Under the pieces are notes generated by a model. The model ran no database searches. It saw only the letters and a program-made list of their open reading frames with translations, and had not been told where the DNA came from. A DNA stretch of 64,000 nt from Camelus dromedarius (Eukaryota): assembly GCF_036321535.1 (NCBI RefSeq), contig NC_087472.1, positions 95,544,001-95,608,000 of the forward strand. The letters are read 5' to 3'. Shown here one piece after another: positions 50,879 through 64,000 of the stretch. Within the stretch, counting starts at the first letter, position 1. Each line of letters begins with the position of its first letter. The position numbers and the translations under genes are program-made.

Positions 50879-52093
50879 TTTGCTCCTTTAGTCCACCATC
50901 CTTCACTCTACTCCAGAGTTAAGCGCACCTCTCAAGCACCACTTGAATGGTGTACTTGCCTTTCATGCTGCATTCTAATCACCCACTTGTCTGTATACCT
51001 TGACAGAGCTGAGACAGAGGAAGGAAGGCTCCATGTCTGTCTTGTCTCCATTGCATCCCCATTGCCTAACATATATCAATAAACATAGGAAGTTGAATTA
51101 ATACTCCTAAAACACAATCTGATCACATATCACCTCACTTATGTAATGAGTTTATTGAATAAACTGGACTTGGTAGGGTGAAACAGGAAGTGACTTTTTC
51201 TCCCACCATTATTTTCAAAACAGCTTTGTTGCATTAATCGCCTGTTTCATCCCTAGATGATATCTCAGCTTTTGTGGAGAGCAGAAAAATCCCAGTCTAA
51301 ATCAAGAAAGAAGCATGGATTAGGTATCTTGACAAGGGACAGAGGCAAAAGGAATTCCCAGGATGTCTGTAAAGAGCAGTTCGAAGATGTAGATTATACA
51401 GTAGACCTGGAGAGCCGCCCATCCAGCCTGGAACTGGAAGATGAGCTTTCAGAAAGAATAGGACAAAAGACAAAAAAGCAATGGATAGATTTTCTCATTG
51501 ATTAAACCAACCATTGTGTCTAAAAGTTTGGGGCAGAAATAGCGAAAGGTACATAGAATACTAAACAATTATTAACACCAGGAAGAGTAAGAAGTAATAC
51601 AAGGGAATATAACTTGCTCAGCTGTAAATGTGCCTGTTACCTAGACACAATGATGTAAACATGGCATACTGATTTAATAAAAATAAATTAAAATATAATT
51701 ATATTGAGAAGATGGAAGAGAGATGAGTACATGTGTACAATGAGGGGAAGAGGGCAGGCAAGGGTAAAAAGGAAAGATAGCTAAATCCTCATTTAGTGTA
51801 GAACAAAGTTAACAGAGAATGGTCAAATTGAAAACTCAGGATATAAAGGGATTTGGAAGTAAATATCAGAAGCAGCAGTTAAAATCACTAGGTGAAAATG
51901 ACTGCCTCTAGAGAGTAGAAATCAAAGGGCAGAACAGAGTGGGGCTGGGGACGTATGTTTTGCTTATAAGTATGACAGCACTGTTTAATTCATTGTCATT
52001 AAAGTACATTACTTTCATAAAAATAAATGATTTTTAAAAGTCCAATCTATCTAAATCAAAAAAGTCCAACTCCCACTTAGTTTAAAGCTTCTC

Positions 52094-52684
52094 ACTCTAA
52101 TCTGAAAAGATACATGCATCCAACTGTTCATAGTAGCACTATTTACAATAGTCAAGACATGGAAACAACCTAAATGTCCATCAACAGATGACTGTATAAA
52201 GAAGTTGTGGTGTATTTATATGATGGACTACTACTCAGCCATAAAAAAGAATAAAATGCCATTTGCAGCCACATGGATGAACCTGGAGTTCATCATTCTA
52301 AGTGAAGTAAGCCAGAAAGAGAAAGAAAAATACCATATGATATCACTCATATGTGAAACCTAAAACACACACAAACACAAATGAACTTATTTACAAAACA
52401 GAAACAGACTCACATGCATAGAAAACAAACTTATGGTTACCAGAGGGGAAAGAAGGGTCTGGAGGGATAAACTAGGAGTTCAGGATTTGCAGATACTGAC
52501 TAATCTATATAAAATAAATAAATAGCAAGGTCTTACTGTGTAGCACAGGGAATATATTCAATACCTTGTAATAGCCCATAATGGAAAAGAATATGAAAAG
52601 GATATATATAACTGAATCACTATGCTATACCCCAGAAATTAACACAACATCATAAACCGACTATACTACAATTTTAAAAAAGAA
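52094..52684 (+). mobile_element. Intermediate-age camelid L1 3' end
   Basis: TSD aaagcttctc (52084-52093, 52685-52694); ORF2 end + 3'UTR similar to 28413-29028. Confidence 0.92.
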
Positions 52685-55399
52685 AAAGCTTCTCCTTTCC
52701 CCCAGCTCAAGCCTGAATCTGGCTTGGAAATGGAGAGGGGTGCGTGTTCACTCTGGTGATGGGCAGGCACCCCTTGCAGTGGAATCAGCTAAGCAGAGTG
52801 TGCTCTCTGAGAGCGGCCCTCTCCCACCTCCATCTGCAAGCCTTGCCCCTCCCCTTCACTCACTCTAAGTTTCAGCCTCACACACATCTTTCATTACCTA
52901 GAATAAATGATGCTTCCCTGGGCTTGAAAAACTCTCCCCCACCTCCTTTGCCCAGTAAGTTTTCATCACACATGAGGTCTCAGCTCAGACACTAGCAGTT
53001 TCCTCCAGGAAAACTTTCTAAGTCTTAGTAGTGACCCACCTATGCTACCTCATACTTCCCCCAGCACAGCACTGATCACACCATCTCTCTACTAGACTAT
53101 AAGCTCCATGAAGGCAAAACTTCAGTGTTATGCTCAATAAATATTCGTTGAACGAACGAATGGTCATTACATTCTCTCTGTAGACAAAGCTTTATAGGAG
53201 GGCCAAATGGAATCAAAAGCTTGCTTAGTAAACAGCATCAGAGTTAGGGGAATTGAATTAGTATTTGCCCAGGACAGACCTATTGGCACAGATGCCCTGA
53301 ATTAATTATTAATAGCATCCCCTTTCTCATTATATCATAATGTCCCGGTTTGGATGATGAAGGATGGCATGGCATACACTTATCAGAGCAGTAACTGAGC
53401 CAGGGCATCCTCTCCTCAGGATCATGCTAGAGAGACTAGCATGCTAGAGTCAGCACGTCCCTCTCTCACTCTGTTTTCTCTGTTGTATACCCGATTAGCC
53501 CTCTCCACTCTCTAGCCTAGGCCCAATGATCCGATAATGCATTAGATGGCCCAATGTCTAGCCTCAATGAAAAGGCAAGAGACTTTACGGTGTTTCTGCA
53601 TAACTGTGCTAGGATCTATTAGGTTTCTTTTTCTTTTACAATTTAACCCTTCAGATCATGCTAATTTCCTAGGGAAAAAGAAGTGGCCAGAAGTGGATAC
53701 TGCTACCCCCAAGTTCTACCTACCGAAACCCTGTTAGCTACACATCCTGCTGACTCAGTCACAGGGGAGCAATACCTACATCTGCTCATCTACACTGTAT
53801 CTGTGACTAGGAAGGTGGCAGCAGTTTCCAGTTCATCAGACAAGAAAGGACATTTGGTTTTGGGGTGAAGAGCCTCATATGTTGAAAAATAACATTCAAA
53901 CTTCTGCCAGCAAAATTCAAAAACTGAGAAAAAAGGAAGAGGGAATCCCAGTCTATGGCTCCTTTAACATTGTGCACCCGGAGCAAGAAACCAAAAAGGT
54001 TGCAATCCTGCCCCCAGAGCCACAATTTGTTTCTGAATCACAGGATTCAGTTCCCAGCTTAGATGGATTTGTTTGGAGAGGTTTTTTCTGCTCATATTTG
54101 TGGTCTGAATCCTCTGTTGGGGAAAAAAAGTCATATTAGGATGTAGAAATATGAACTTCACGGTTGGTCACACTTGGCATGGAACAGCAGCCTGCAGAGG
54201 GTGTGCAGCGCCAGAGGGCTTGGTGGGCCTCCAAGAGCAGTCCGGCATCCTTCCACTCCCTTTCTCGAGCGCTTCCAATTCTCACTCCTCTGGCTGTTGG
54301 TTTTGCAACCATCTTCCTCTATCAACCACCTTGGCTCCCACCCAGCAGCAGCAGCAGCCTGTTCCTTTATCAATGCTGGGTATAAGGCAGCTGTGGCTGT
54401 GATGGGGCGAGATGAAAGCTGTGAATTCAGTCAGTCTTCTTTCTGCAGTGAGGCTGCACAGGGCTCTTTGAAATGACATGACACTGTGTGATCTCATTTT
54501 TAAAGGCCTCCCTCAATCTTCCAACTAGGATCTTTAGCAGACTCTAGTTTCTTCTAGACTCTGGCCATTTGGAGTGATGGTTCACAAACAACACAGTGAA
54601 AAACAAGCTCTATTGATGTATAAAACAATTTGAAAGACTTCACTGTTCTAAGACAGCCACAGACTGAAGGAAATTTCAAAATATCATCCCAACCTGCCAA
54701 AAATCCTAAATTCAATAAAAATAAGCATATTAGCTTTAAACAAAGTAATACTTCTTCCCCATATTTCCTGGTCTCATAAAAGAATTATATGTTTGTATAT
54801 ACTGTAATAATAGTTCTCATACAATGTTGAAGTTTGGTTATAGGTAGGGAATAGGAGAAAAATATCAGCCAAATACCTTTTGGAAAAACAAAGATTTCTG
54901 TGAAATTGCTTCTCTAAAACCTAACAAAAAGAAGGGAAGAAACAGCAAAAAAAAAAAAAAAATGATCAGTCTAAAACAAACAAAGAAACATTCCAATGCC
55001 ATAAACTTTATAAACTGATAGCAAAGGAAAGAAACAGAATTCTAAACCAAACATGTTGTATGAAGGCTTTCCACTTAATGTTTCCCCACCTCTGACACTA
55101 AATTATATATCATCAAAATCATGGAAATTCTCATTCATATCCCCAGATTTGGAGGAACTCTAACTAAGCTAGTATTGCTATTTTTTCCCTCTTTTAACAT
55201 GGGCACAATGGAAATGGCTGCTGGAGAGAAACAGGTGAAAGGAGGCTTTAAAAAAAAAAAGAGGCTCACCATTGAATGAAGTGAGGGCTCCAGAGATGCA
55301 GGTTGATTTAGGGAACAAATCCAAAGTCTATAGCATCCACCTCCCTCCCACCATGTGAATGAGATCTACCTTTTATGTCAGTGGAGTAACCTGGATCAG

Positions 55400-57480
55400 G
55401 GCATTTAACAAAGTATCAAAAGCCCGGGGATATAAACTAAAACATACACTCCCTTACTGAGCCCCTCATCCTCTGCCATGTCTCCAGATTCTAAAAAGAG
55501 ATTAGGCACTAAATGTCCAATTTGCAACTGTGGCTTACAGCACAAATAACACTGATCTCAGATGAAGTGGGAAATAACAAGGAAGTTATCTATACTGTAT
55601 AAAAGGAGTCAAAAATTATAGATAGAGCTGTCCAGATGAAGTATGAAAAAATTAAAAATAGCAGGGTAAAAATGCAAGCACACCACAGCAAAAAAAAGCA
55701 GAAAGAAAGAAAGACAAAGAAATTAGTCCAAACAAGTATGTTATCCAAGAAACAGAAAGAAATTACTTTACAAATAATTAAACTATAGAACATATTATGG
55801 GCTCCATAGAACAAGAGCTTTTTTAAAAGACTATATTTTTATCTTTGCTTGAACATTCATAACTTCCAAAAGGGCAGAGAAGTCACTAATAACATTGGTT
55901 ATACATGGGGGAAGTTAATTGGATGAGTGGGAGATAAGAGTGGGTATTTTCACATAGAGATTTTCTTTGATTTTTGAACTATGTAAATATATTATCTATT
56001 TTTTTAGATAAACAAGAAATAAATTCTGGTTAACAAAAAAGAACAAAGCTCAAAAGCAAGATGATAAATGGAGATGAAAAGGAAGACTGCAGATATAAGA
56101 AACAAATTGAGGGTCAAAACCATGCAATACAGAAGTAAGAAGTAAAAGGGATAGAAAAGGCACAGAACTGATAAGGCTGAGATTAACTCAACTGGAAAAG
56201 AAAAAAATTTGAGATATCACAATGATCACAAATTTTAAAAGTCAACCTTTCAGAGATAAGCTAACAATAGTGAAGGAAAGAGTAAAAAAACAACCCAAAA
56301 CAAAGACAAAATGTGCCCCAATAGCAGAGAACTCATCAAAGAGAACAGAAAAGTATCCAAAGATGTAATAAAAGAAAAATTCCCTCAAGTTAAGAAAGAT
56401 GTGAATATGCAGAATGAAAAAGCATACAAGTCCAAGAAAAATTGATGCAGAATACTCCTCATATTCTGGGTAAGCTATTTACTTCAAAAAGGAAACAATT
56501 CTTCAGGAATTCCATGGGGAAAAAAGCAAATTGGTGCATGGGATAGTAGAGGGAGTAGGGAGAGTCAGGCTGTGACCAGTCCTCACAATAACATTCAAAG
56601 ACAGGACAGTGGAAGTGTGTCCACAACATTGTAAAGAAACATATACCCGAGAATAGTATACCCAGTCCTGATGATATTCAAATAAAAAGGCAATAAGCAT
56701 ACATTTTCAACCATGGAAAATTCAGTGAATAGAACATGTGTAAGCCATTCTTAGAAAAAAAGAATACATGAGTATGCAAGCTATCCAATTAAGAGATGTA
56801 TCAGAATTAAGAACTTGGGAATGAAGAATACATGGTAAAGAATTGGTGGTAAAGCTCTCATTTAAATATAAATTTTTAAGAAAATAGAATATAACAAATA
56901 TAAATCTTAGTAGTTCAAAAGTAATAATATAATAAGATAAAGAGGAGGTGGGTAAATGGAAGAATAAAAATGATAATAATATCTTCATACTTCATAACAG
57001 GAATTCAAATTAATACCATATAAAACTAAAGAATATATATGTATACGTATACATACACCCACACACACACACATACACACACTCAGCAAAATAACTCTTA
57101 ATTTTTTATAACCTAAGAGGGATCATGGAATCATTTAGGAAATAGTAACTTCTGTGGTAAAAAAAAAAAAAACCATTGGTTTAAATGGTAACAATTCCTT
57201 TAGGTTTATTTTATTTTATTTTTGTTAACTAAAGTGAAATGAGAATTAATTACATTTAAAACAAATGGCTTGTGTAGTATAATCCTATTTTCAAGTATTG
57301 TATTTACTCATCCTTCTTTCTATATAGGTACACAGAAGAATATTTGGAATGATGGTCACTAATGTTAATACTGATTATTTTTAAGTAGTGGGATTTAGAG
57401 TGATTTCTTTTCCTCTCTTTATTGCTTAAATTCTTTATAATCAGCAAGTATTAGTTTTACCAAGACAAAAGAAGTAACAT
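55400..57480 (+). mobile_element. Highly degraded HAL1 / L1ME ORF1-type sequence
   Basis: A-rich ORF1-like DNA (aataaaagaaaaattccctcaagttaagaaagatgtgaatatgcagaatgaaaaagc; cccgagaatagtatacccagtc). Confidence 0.5.
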
Positions 57481-57675
57481 TTTAAAATATATAAGCCAAG
57501 TTGCACAAAGACCAAAGTGGTTTTCAACGTAATTCCATGAACATTTTTATGAGCGCTTTCTATGCCAAGTCTAACGTTAGACCCTGGAAATAGATCAGCC
57601 AACAAAATAAACACAACCTCTGCCCTCACGCAGCTCAATGCCTTGAAAGTCTTTACTTCATTCAGATCCACTCAC

Positions 57676-57786
57676 CTGAAACCATTTGGACCTCAGTCCT
57701 CAGTCTCCACAGACAACAATGTTTAACGGCAACTTCACAAAAGGCCTTCTCTGGGCTCGATTTATGAGGAGGCCATGCAGAGTTAC
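57676..57786 (-). other. Probable 111-nt internal exon of the minus-strand host transcript (5'UTR or cassette)
   Basis: Acceptor tgttgctattcttacag| and consensus donor CAG|GTGAGT; non-repetitive; one open frame in phase 1-1 (xNSAWPPHKSSPEKAFCEVAVKHCCLWRLRTEVQMVS). Confidence 0.55.
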
Positions 57787-57924
57787 CTGTAAGAATAGCA
57801 ACATGTTTGTTTCAATATCAAAATCACTTTAACTTGCTATATTTTGCAGAGTGATTTGGGTACTTGAAGGAGGGAAGGAGGGGAGGAACCTGAGTACCTG
57901 AAAGAGGGCAGAGTGGAAAGCTAA

Positions 57925-58125
57925 GCATGAATTCACATCCTAGCTCAGGCACTTAATGCCCCTGAGACCCAGACAAGTCATTAAATCTGAGACTCCATTT
58001 CTTTTTCTGTAAAAACTGGGAACATAAATGTATTGTTATGAGGACACAGTTAAGTGTTAAGGTATATAAAGCACTTAGAACAACATCTGACACACAGCAG
58101 AAACAAAATGTTTGCTATTGTTATT
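57925..58125 (+). mobile_element. MIR
   Basis: acaagtcattaaatctgagactccatttctttttctgtaaaa...tatataaagcacttagaacaacatctgacacacag. Confidence 0.7.
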
Positions 58126-59454
58126 TTTAAAAATCCATTACTTCTGTCAAAAATCATAATTTACTGAGATAGATTCCACCATCACTGTTGGTTCCATTAT
58201 CATCAAGGTGGTCTAAAATTCATGAAACCATGTCTAAACTGTGTGAGCAGATAATGAAAACATTCAAAAGCAGGGGAAGTTCTTTTTTTGGTTCTGAAAT
58301 TACATGAAACCAATTAGCTCTTTAACCTTTTTGATAAATGAAACTCAATGTAGTCATATCACAAATGACTAAAGGCATATAATAAAAGCTTTGTATTCAC
58401 CAAATTATAAGATATTATTACCAAAGTATAGAGTATGTTTCATTAGCCTTGAGGCAAGGAGCTTGAAGTATCTTAATTGCTTGTTACTTTCCCTCCACCT
58501 TCTATTGATAAACTTGAAGATAAAAGAGGGTAAATTTGATTTACTCAGGCAAAGAGAACAATGTTGTATGTTGTAAATTCTGCTAAAAGCCAGTAAGATA
58601 AGAGAATGCATTTACATGGTTGTCTATTTCCAATTTAATTTATGTAATACAAGTAGAAAAATTAGGAAAGTTTTGCTTCTTCCTGGCCAGGGATGATTAA
58701 ATAAATCTGTGGGATCTCGCTAAATTAATCACCCCTAGACAGTGTTCTTTGTGGTTTCTAATGTTACTGTGACAAGAAGGAGACTAGGAGTCACAGACTT
58801 CTGATAAGGGAACCAATCAAGAAAACAGAAGGACACATAAAATAAGTGAGAAGAAAAATAATTTATAGATTAGATAACTCTGCCTTAGGGTTAAAAGTCT
58901 CAACTCTCAGCTCTCTGAAGGAGAAACCATCCTTGCCAGTTCAGGGAAGAGTTTAGATTGGGAGCTGCATACTGCTTGGGGTGGGAGGGTGAAGGAGTAC
59001 AAAATCAGTAAAACGTAACACACAGAGAAAGAGAACATTTCAGAGGATGGGTTGGTTTTTTGTCATAATGGGAGTTTATAAGTGACTTCTTTGTTCCCAA
59101 AATTGCTGTACTCTAAAATGCCCCTCAAAGGCTGGACTATAATCAAGGGGTTTCAGAGCTACAAGAAAAAAGAAAAGCAATTATTCTTCCTTCCTTCACT
59201 TGAGGCCCAGACAGAACAACTGTCCTGCAATGTTAGACACTCAAACAGGAGCAGGCCAAGGGGATGCAACATAACTCAAGTTATTCAATTCATACCAGAA
59301 GTTTGATTTGGCAATTTTATTCTGTCGTCCTCTAGGAATTTTAGAAACCTTGGGTTGTTGTGAACTTTGCTCCATGACTTAAACAGGTGAGAAAAGCAAA
59401 GCAGAAGTTGTGTAAGGGGTCAGGCCAGCTTTTATTATAAATGCAGATGTAATA

Positions 59455-59660
59455 ATACTAGTACTAATTACCATTTACACAGCACTTGGTTTGCTCCAGG
59501 TAGGGAGCTAAACCCCTTCCATACACCCTTTATTTATTTCCCCATAAAATTCCTAGGAGGCAGATATTATTTCTGTTTTACAAATGAAAAAGCACAGAAT
59601 CACAATAATTAAGTAACCAAAGACTGCACATCTACCTACGACACACAATTCTACCTCTCA
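59455..59660 (-). mobile_element. MIR
   Basis: ccatttacacagcactt...ggcagatattatttctgttttacaaatgaaaaagcacag. Confidence 0.6.
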
Positions 59661-60920
59661 GGTTCTGTTTTTCTGGCTCACACCTTTGAAGGCTAACCTG
59701 GCAGGGAAACATCCAAATAGGAATACTTTAAAAAGCAACATTCTGTAAAGGGGGTTTTCTTGGCTGCCTATGTTTATCCATCCTGTGCCCAGGAATCTCA
59801 GTTTGTATAGTCTGTCAGTTCCTCCCAATCTAAATGACTATTTATAACAAATTCCAGAGGACTTGATAAAGCAGGATTTTGTTGAAAACAACAACAAAGA
59901 CTGGATCTCCACCCTGGAATGAAACAGTTGAGCAACACTCCAGTTGATCAAGCAAAATTATGTAACAGACCACAAATGGAACATTATAGTTCTTATTTTA
60001 ATTTCCAGTCCTCTCAAAACATTAGCAAATGTAGATGAGAAACTTGTCTCTGCTTTGATCCTGTCCATCATTCTCTTCCCATGTTACCCAGGTTCTGGGA
60101 ATCTCCTTCCACATTTCTGGTCCCAGCCCAGTTTTCACAGGGGTGAGAGTTTATTTTATGTGGACCTACAGTAATAACTGCAGATGTGCTCCATCTCTGT
60201 CTGGAGTCCCACAAAGATCACTTGAAGTACTGAATCTTGATCAAGGACACATCTTCACGGTGCTCTGCAAAAAAATGCCTGCCACTAATTAGTTAATCCC
60301 TACCACCTCACCCACGCTGGTTTCCCTCTGAGTCCTCTAACCTCCATGTCTTCTTTAGCATTCTGTTGGCATCCAGCCGTGGGAGGGGTGTCTATGGTTC
60401 TGGTTTTCTCAAGGGGAGAGTAACCTTCCTGACAGAGGTCCAACATGAAAGCCCATTCCTCACTGGGTCAGATTTCACAGGCCACGACACTTCCTATGTA
60501 ACATAGCTGCCAGATCTGTGGTTTTTAAACATTTTCCCTCACTACCTTCTGGGTTTCCCTTCTTGTTCGCCCCCAGGGGCTACTACTTTAAATGGTCTTC
60601 AAGATGGCAGAAGATTGAAATTCATTCCAAATGTCAGAAAAATCTTCTTACACTTTGTTAATTACAAAATAAGGAAGATGAGAAGAAGGATGAGGAGGAA
60701 GAGGGCAAGCAGGAGGGCAAAAAGAAGCATGAAGAAGAGGAAGAAATTATACTTAACAGAGAAATGCAAACCTCAGGAGTAAGTCAAAGAGTGAAGTGTG
60801 ACTGTAACAGCACTGTAGCTCTGCCTGTGCCTTGCTAGCCCAGGAATAGTTCCAAAGTCACCTCTGCATCAGGTCAGTGCCTCCGACAGCTACCCTGCCT
60901 TGAGGGTCCCTCTATCCTCC

Positions 60921-61447
60921 TGTTACTCCAAAAGGGGAAAGGAAAAACTTTGGTTCTCATCTTGCCTGAAAGAGAAGAATTCAGAAGGAAGATGAAAGCA
61001 CTGTGTAGTGAAAGATTTTATTAGCAGAGCAAAAGTACACCTCCAAAAATGGAAGGCAGGCTGATCCAAGGAAGGATAGCAGTGGTCTTTGTCCCTTCTC
61101 TTATACCCTCGCTTAGAGGTGGTCTCTTGATTGATGGCTCTTGCCCCTGGAGTGCTTAGTCATGCTTGTCCTCTTCTGCACATGTCCTTACCCATGATGC
61201 ACACTGAAAAACCCGCAGAGGGGCCTAAACCATAATGCTCATTATATTACAATGAGCATCGGGTCATGTCTGGTTAGGTCCTTGTCCCTACTGTGCAGTT
61301 GTGGCCATCAGGTGCTAACCAGTTTCTTGCTGGCACTCATTTAAGGGAAGTAAAGCCCCTTTAAGCTGAAGGTAGGCATAATGCCATCTTCTGGATCATC
61401 TTCCATCTCCTCCACCTATCTGCCCGGTGCCCCCACTTATCTAAATA
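60921..61447 (-). mobile_element. ERV1-type solo LTR
   Basis: tgttac start on + strand; minus-strand AATAAA (~61017-61022) and TATAA (~61101-61105); internal palindrome atgctcatt-N7-aatgagcat. Confidence 0.6.
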
Positions 61448-61559
61448 GTTGACATTCAAGTCTAACATCTGAGTTTAAAGGCATAGCAGCATGGCACTTA
61501 AAATTTCTTGAAACTTCACTACAACATGAATAAGAAAAAATATGAAGTTGGTAGCTTTT

Positions 61560-63411
61560 AAATCAAAATTTAATTCTAAGCATGATCATATTTATAAAGA
61601 TTAAAATCCAACTGATTTCACTTGAGATTTTTAACAATGAAATTAGATAGTAGAAAGAAATTTGATACATAACTATTGAAAAGGGAAAGCAAAATTATCC
61701 CTATTTGTAGCTGATATGATTATACACCTGGATAACCTAAGAGAATCAACTAGAAAACAAACAGAAAGAAAGTAGAGTATAAAATTTATACAGAGAAACC
61801 AACAATTGTCCTACACACAAAAAACAGTCAGAAGCCAACATAACAAAAGAGAAGTCCCTGTAGATAAGAACAGCAGACAGAACAAAATGCTTGGGAATAA
61901 ACTTACCAGAAAATGTACAAAACCTATATATGAGAAAGACTTTGAAATAATCTCAAAGGAAACAAAAGTAGACTTGAAAAATGGAAAGATATGCCATTTT
62001 CTTGGAAAGGAAAACAGTATTTTATCATTTTTTATAATTGAAGTATAGTCAGTTTCCAGTGTTGTGTCAATTTCTGGTCTACAGCATAACAGTTCAGTCA
62101 TACATATACATACATATATTCCTTTTCATATTCTTTTTCATTATAGATTACTACAAGATACTGAATATAGTTCCCTGTGCTATAAGAAGAAATCTGTTGT
62201 TTATTTTATATATAGTAGTTACCATCTGCAAATCTCAAACTCCTGATTTATTCCTTCCTCCCTCTTTCCCCAACTGGTGACCATAAGTTTGTTTTCTATG
62301 TCTGTGAGTCTTTTTCTGTTTTGTAAATAAATTCATTTGTCTTTTTTTAGATTCCACATATAACTGATATCATATAGTAAGGAAAGGAAAATGGCATTTT
62401 AAATACATTACTTACCCTAAATTAATCCATAAATTTATTATAATCCTCATAAAAATACCAATAGATCTTTTTTTTTGAAATAGACAAGGTGATTCTAAAG
62501 TCTACATGGAAAAATGAAGCCAGAATAACCAGAAAAATTCTAAAAAAAAAAAAAAATGAAGAGGCACTGGCACTATAAGAGATCGTGGTAACTATCTGAA
62601 AAACTATTAGATTTACATTTCACACTGCACAGCACAATCAACTCCAAGTGTATCAAATATTTAATCATAAGCTTGGAAACCCTGAATGTGCTAGAAGAAC
62701 ATGTAAGAGAATTGCTTTATAACTTGGCATGATAAAGGCCTTTCTAACTCTGACTTAAAGCTCAAAAGCCTAAAAGAAAACAGCAAAATAAAAATTAACA
62801 AATTTTTTTCATGGAAAAAAGTATATAAACAAAAACAAAAGACAAATTATATTAGGGCATTTATTTGAAACATGCCACTAACTGCTAATCTCCATTTTAC
62901 ATTTTTAAAAACTTCTAGAAATTGAGATAAAGGAGATTAATATCCCAATAGAAAAATGGACAAAGGATCTATCTAGTTACATATGAAAACACATGACCCT
63001 TAAACATATGATAATAAACCCAATCTTACTCATAAGATACCAAAATTTGACAAGAGACACAGTCTGTTGGCAAAGCTGTTGTAGAGGTAAACTATACATG
63101 ATCGGTTAGAGGGCAAAGCAGTAAAATTCCTCTAAAGAACAATTTGGTAATATCTATCAAATTACAAATAGATTTGCCGTCTAGTCTAGAAATCCCACTT
63201 CCAAGAATTCATTCTCTAAGTATACCTGCATATAGAAGAAGTAACGTCTGTACAAGGTTATCTTCTCATAGTACTATTTGTAATACCAAAAGATTGGAAA
63301 CAACCCAAGTGTCCAGTAAGAGGATACTGATTAAATAAACTATAATACATTCACACAATAAATGTTGCATCAGGAAGCTCTCTATGTACTCATTCAGAAA
63401 GATTCCCACAA
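61560..63411 (+). mobile_element. Ancient L1 (L1MC/ME) ORF2 fragments
   Basis: aaattatccctatttgtagctgatatgattatacacctggataacctaagag (LFADDMIxY-like); later 3' ORF2 pieces. Confidence 0.75.
62024..62380 (-). mobile_element. Camelid L1 3'UTR end
   Basis: ttgaagtatagtcagtttccagtgttgtgtcaatttctgg...ttagattccacatata; imperfect ~20-bp TSD ggaaaggaaaa(cagt/tggc)atttt. Confidence 0.9.
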
Positions 63412-64000
63412 TATAGAAAACAGTTTTGAGATTCCTCAAAAAACTAAAAATAGACTTACCATATGATCCAGCAGTCCCACTCCTGGGCATATATCCAAAG
63501 GGAACTCTAATTCGAAAAGATACATGCACCCCAATGTTCATAGCAGCACTATTTACAATAGCCAAGACATGGAAACAGCCTAAATGTCCATCAACAGGTG
63601 ACTGGATAAAGAAGATGTGGTATATTTATACAATGGAATACTACTCAGCCATAAAAACCAACAACATAACGCCATTTGCAGCAACATGGATGCTCCAGGA
63701 GAATGTCATTCTAAGTGAAGTAAGCCAGAAAGAGAAAGAAAAATACCATATGAGATCACTCATATGTGGAAACTAAAAAGAAAAAAAAAATACAGAACAG
63801 AAATAGACTCATAGACATAGAATACAGACTTGTGGTTGCCAAGGGGGTGGGGGGTGGGAAGAGATAGACTGGGATTTCAAAATTGTAGAATAGATAAACA
63901 AGATTATACTGTATAGCACAGGGAAATATATACAAGATCTTATGGTAGCTCACAGAGAAAGGACTGTGACAATGAATATATATACGCTCATGTATAATTG
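63412..64000 (+). mobile_element. Young camelid-type L1 3' end, running off the window
   Basis: ORF 63426-63776 = ORF2 C-terminus; same 3'UTR as the copies at 11795 and 27544. Confidence 0.95.

Noticed and set aside
54343..54358. (CAG)5 as a polyQ coding tract
   Set aside because: Too short, and no supported + strand exon structure
60170..60264. Minus-strand exon candidate (tttttttgcag| ... ACT|GTAGGT)
   Set aside because: Weak donor; surrounding sequence may be a degraded retroviral remnant
1..64000. CRISPR array, operon or prokaryotic defence system
   Set aside because: Sequence is mammalian; no regularly spaced repeat-spacer structure or gene-dense organisation

Overview
This window is mammalian, non-coding, repeat-rich genomic DNA, most likely from a camelid. 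The evidence is a tRNA-derived Vic-1-type SINE and several young, near-identical L1 3' ends of camelid type. I found no complete protein-coding gene, RNA gene, CRISPR array or prokaryote-type system. Every long ORF in the track is either a LINE-1 ORF2 remnant, its antisense shadow, or a microsatellite. The LINE-1 copies are strongly biased to the + strand, which suggests the window lies inside a long intron or 5' region of a gene transcribed on the - strand. I could not identify that gene. Supporting signs are a clean 111-nt minus-strand exon (57676-57786) and a ~6-kb nearly transposon-free block at the left end with several minus-strand splice donors. The most unusual structures are: an L1 5'UTR-only insert flanked by a target-site duplication (TSD); an L1 with its 5'UTR fused directly to the end of ORF2; multi-layer nested insertions; a ~300-bp local duplication; and an unexplained GC-richer segment at ~53.7-54.5 kb. 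Repeat family names come from my recollection of consensus sequences and need RepeatMasker/Dfam confirmation. Boundaries of old elements are approximate.
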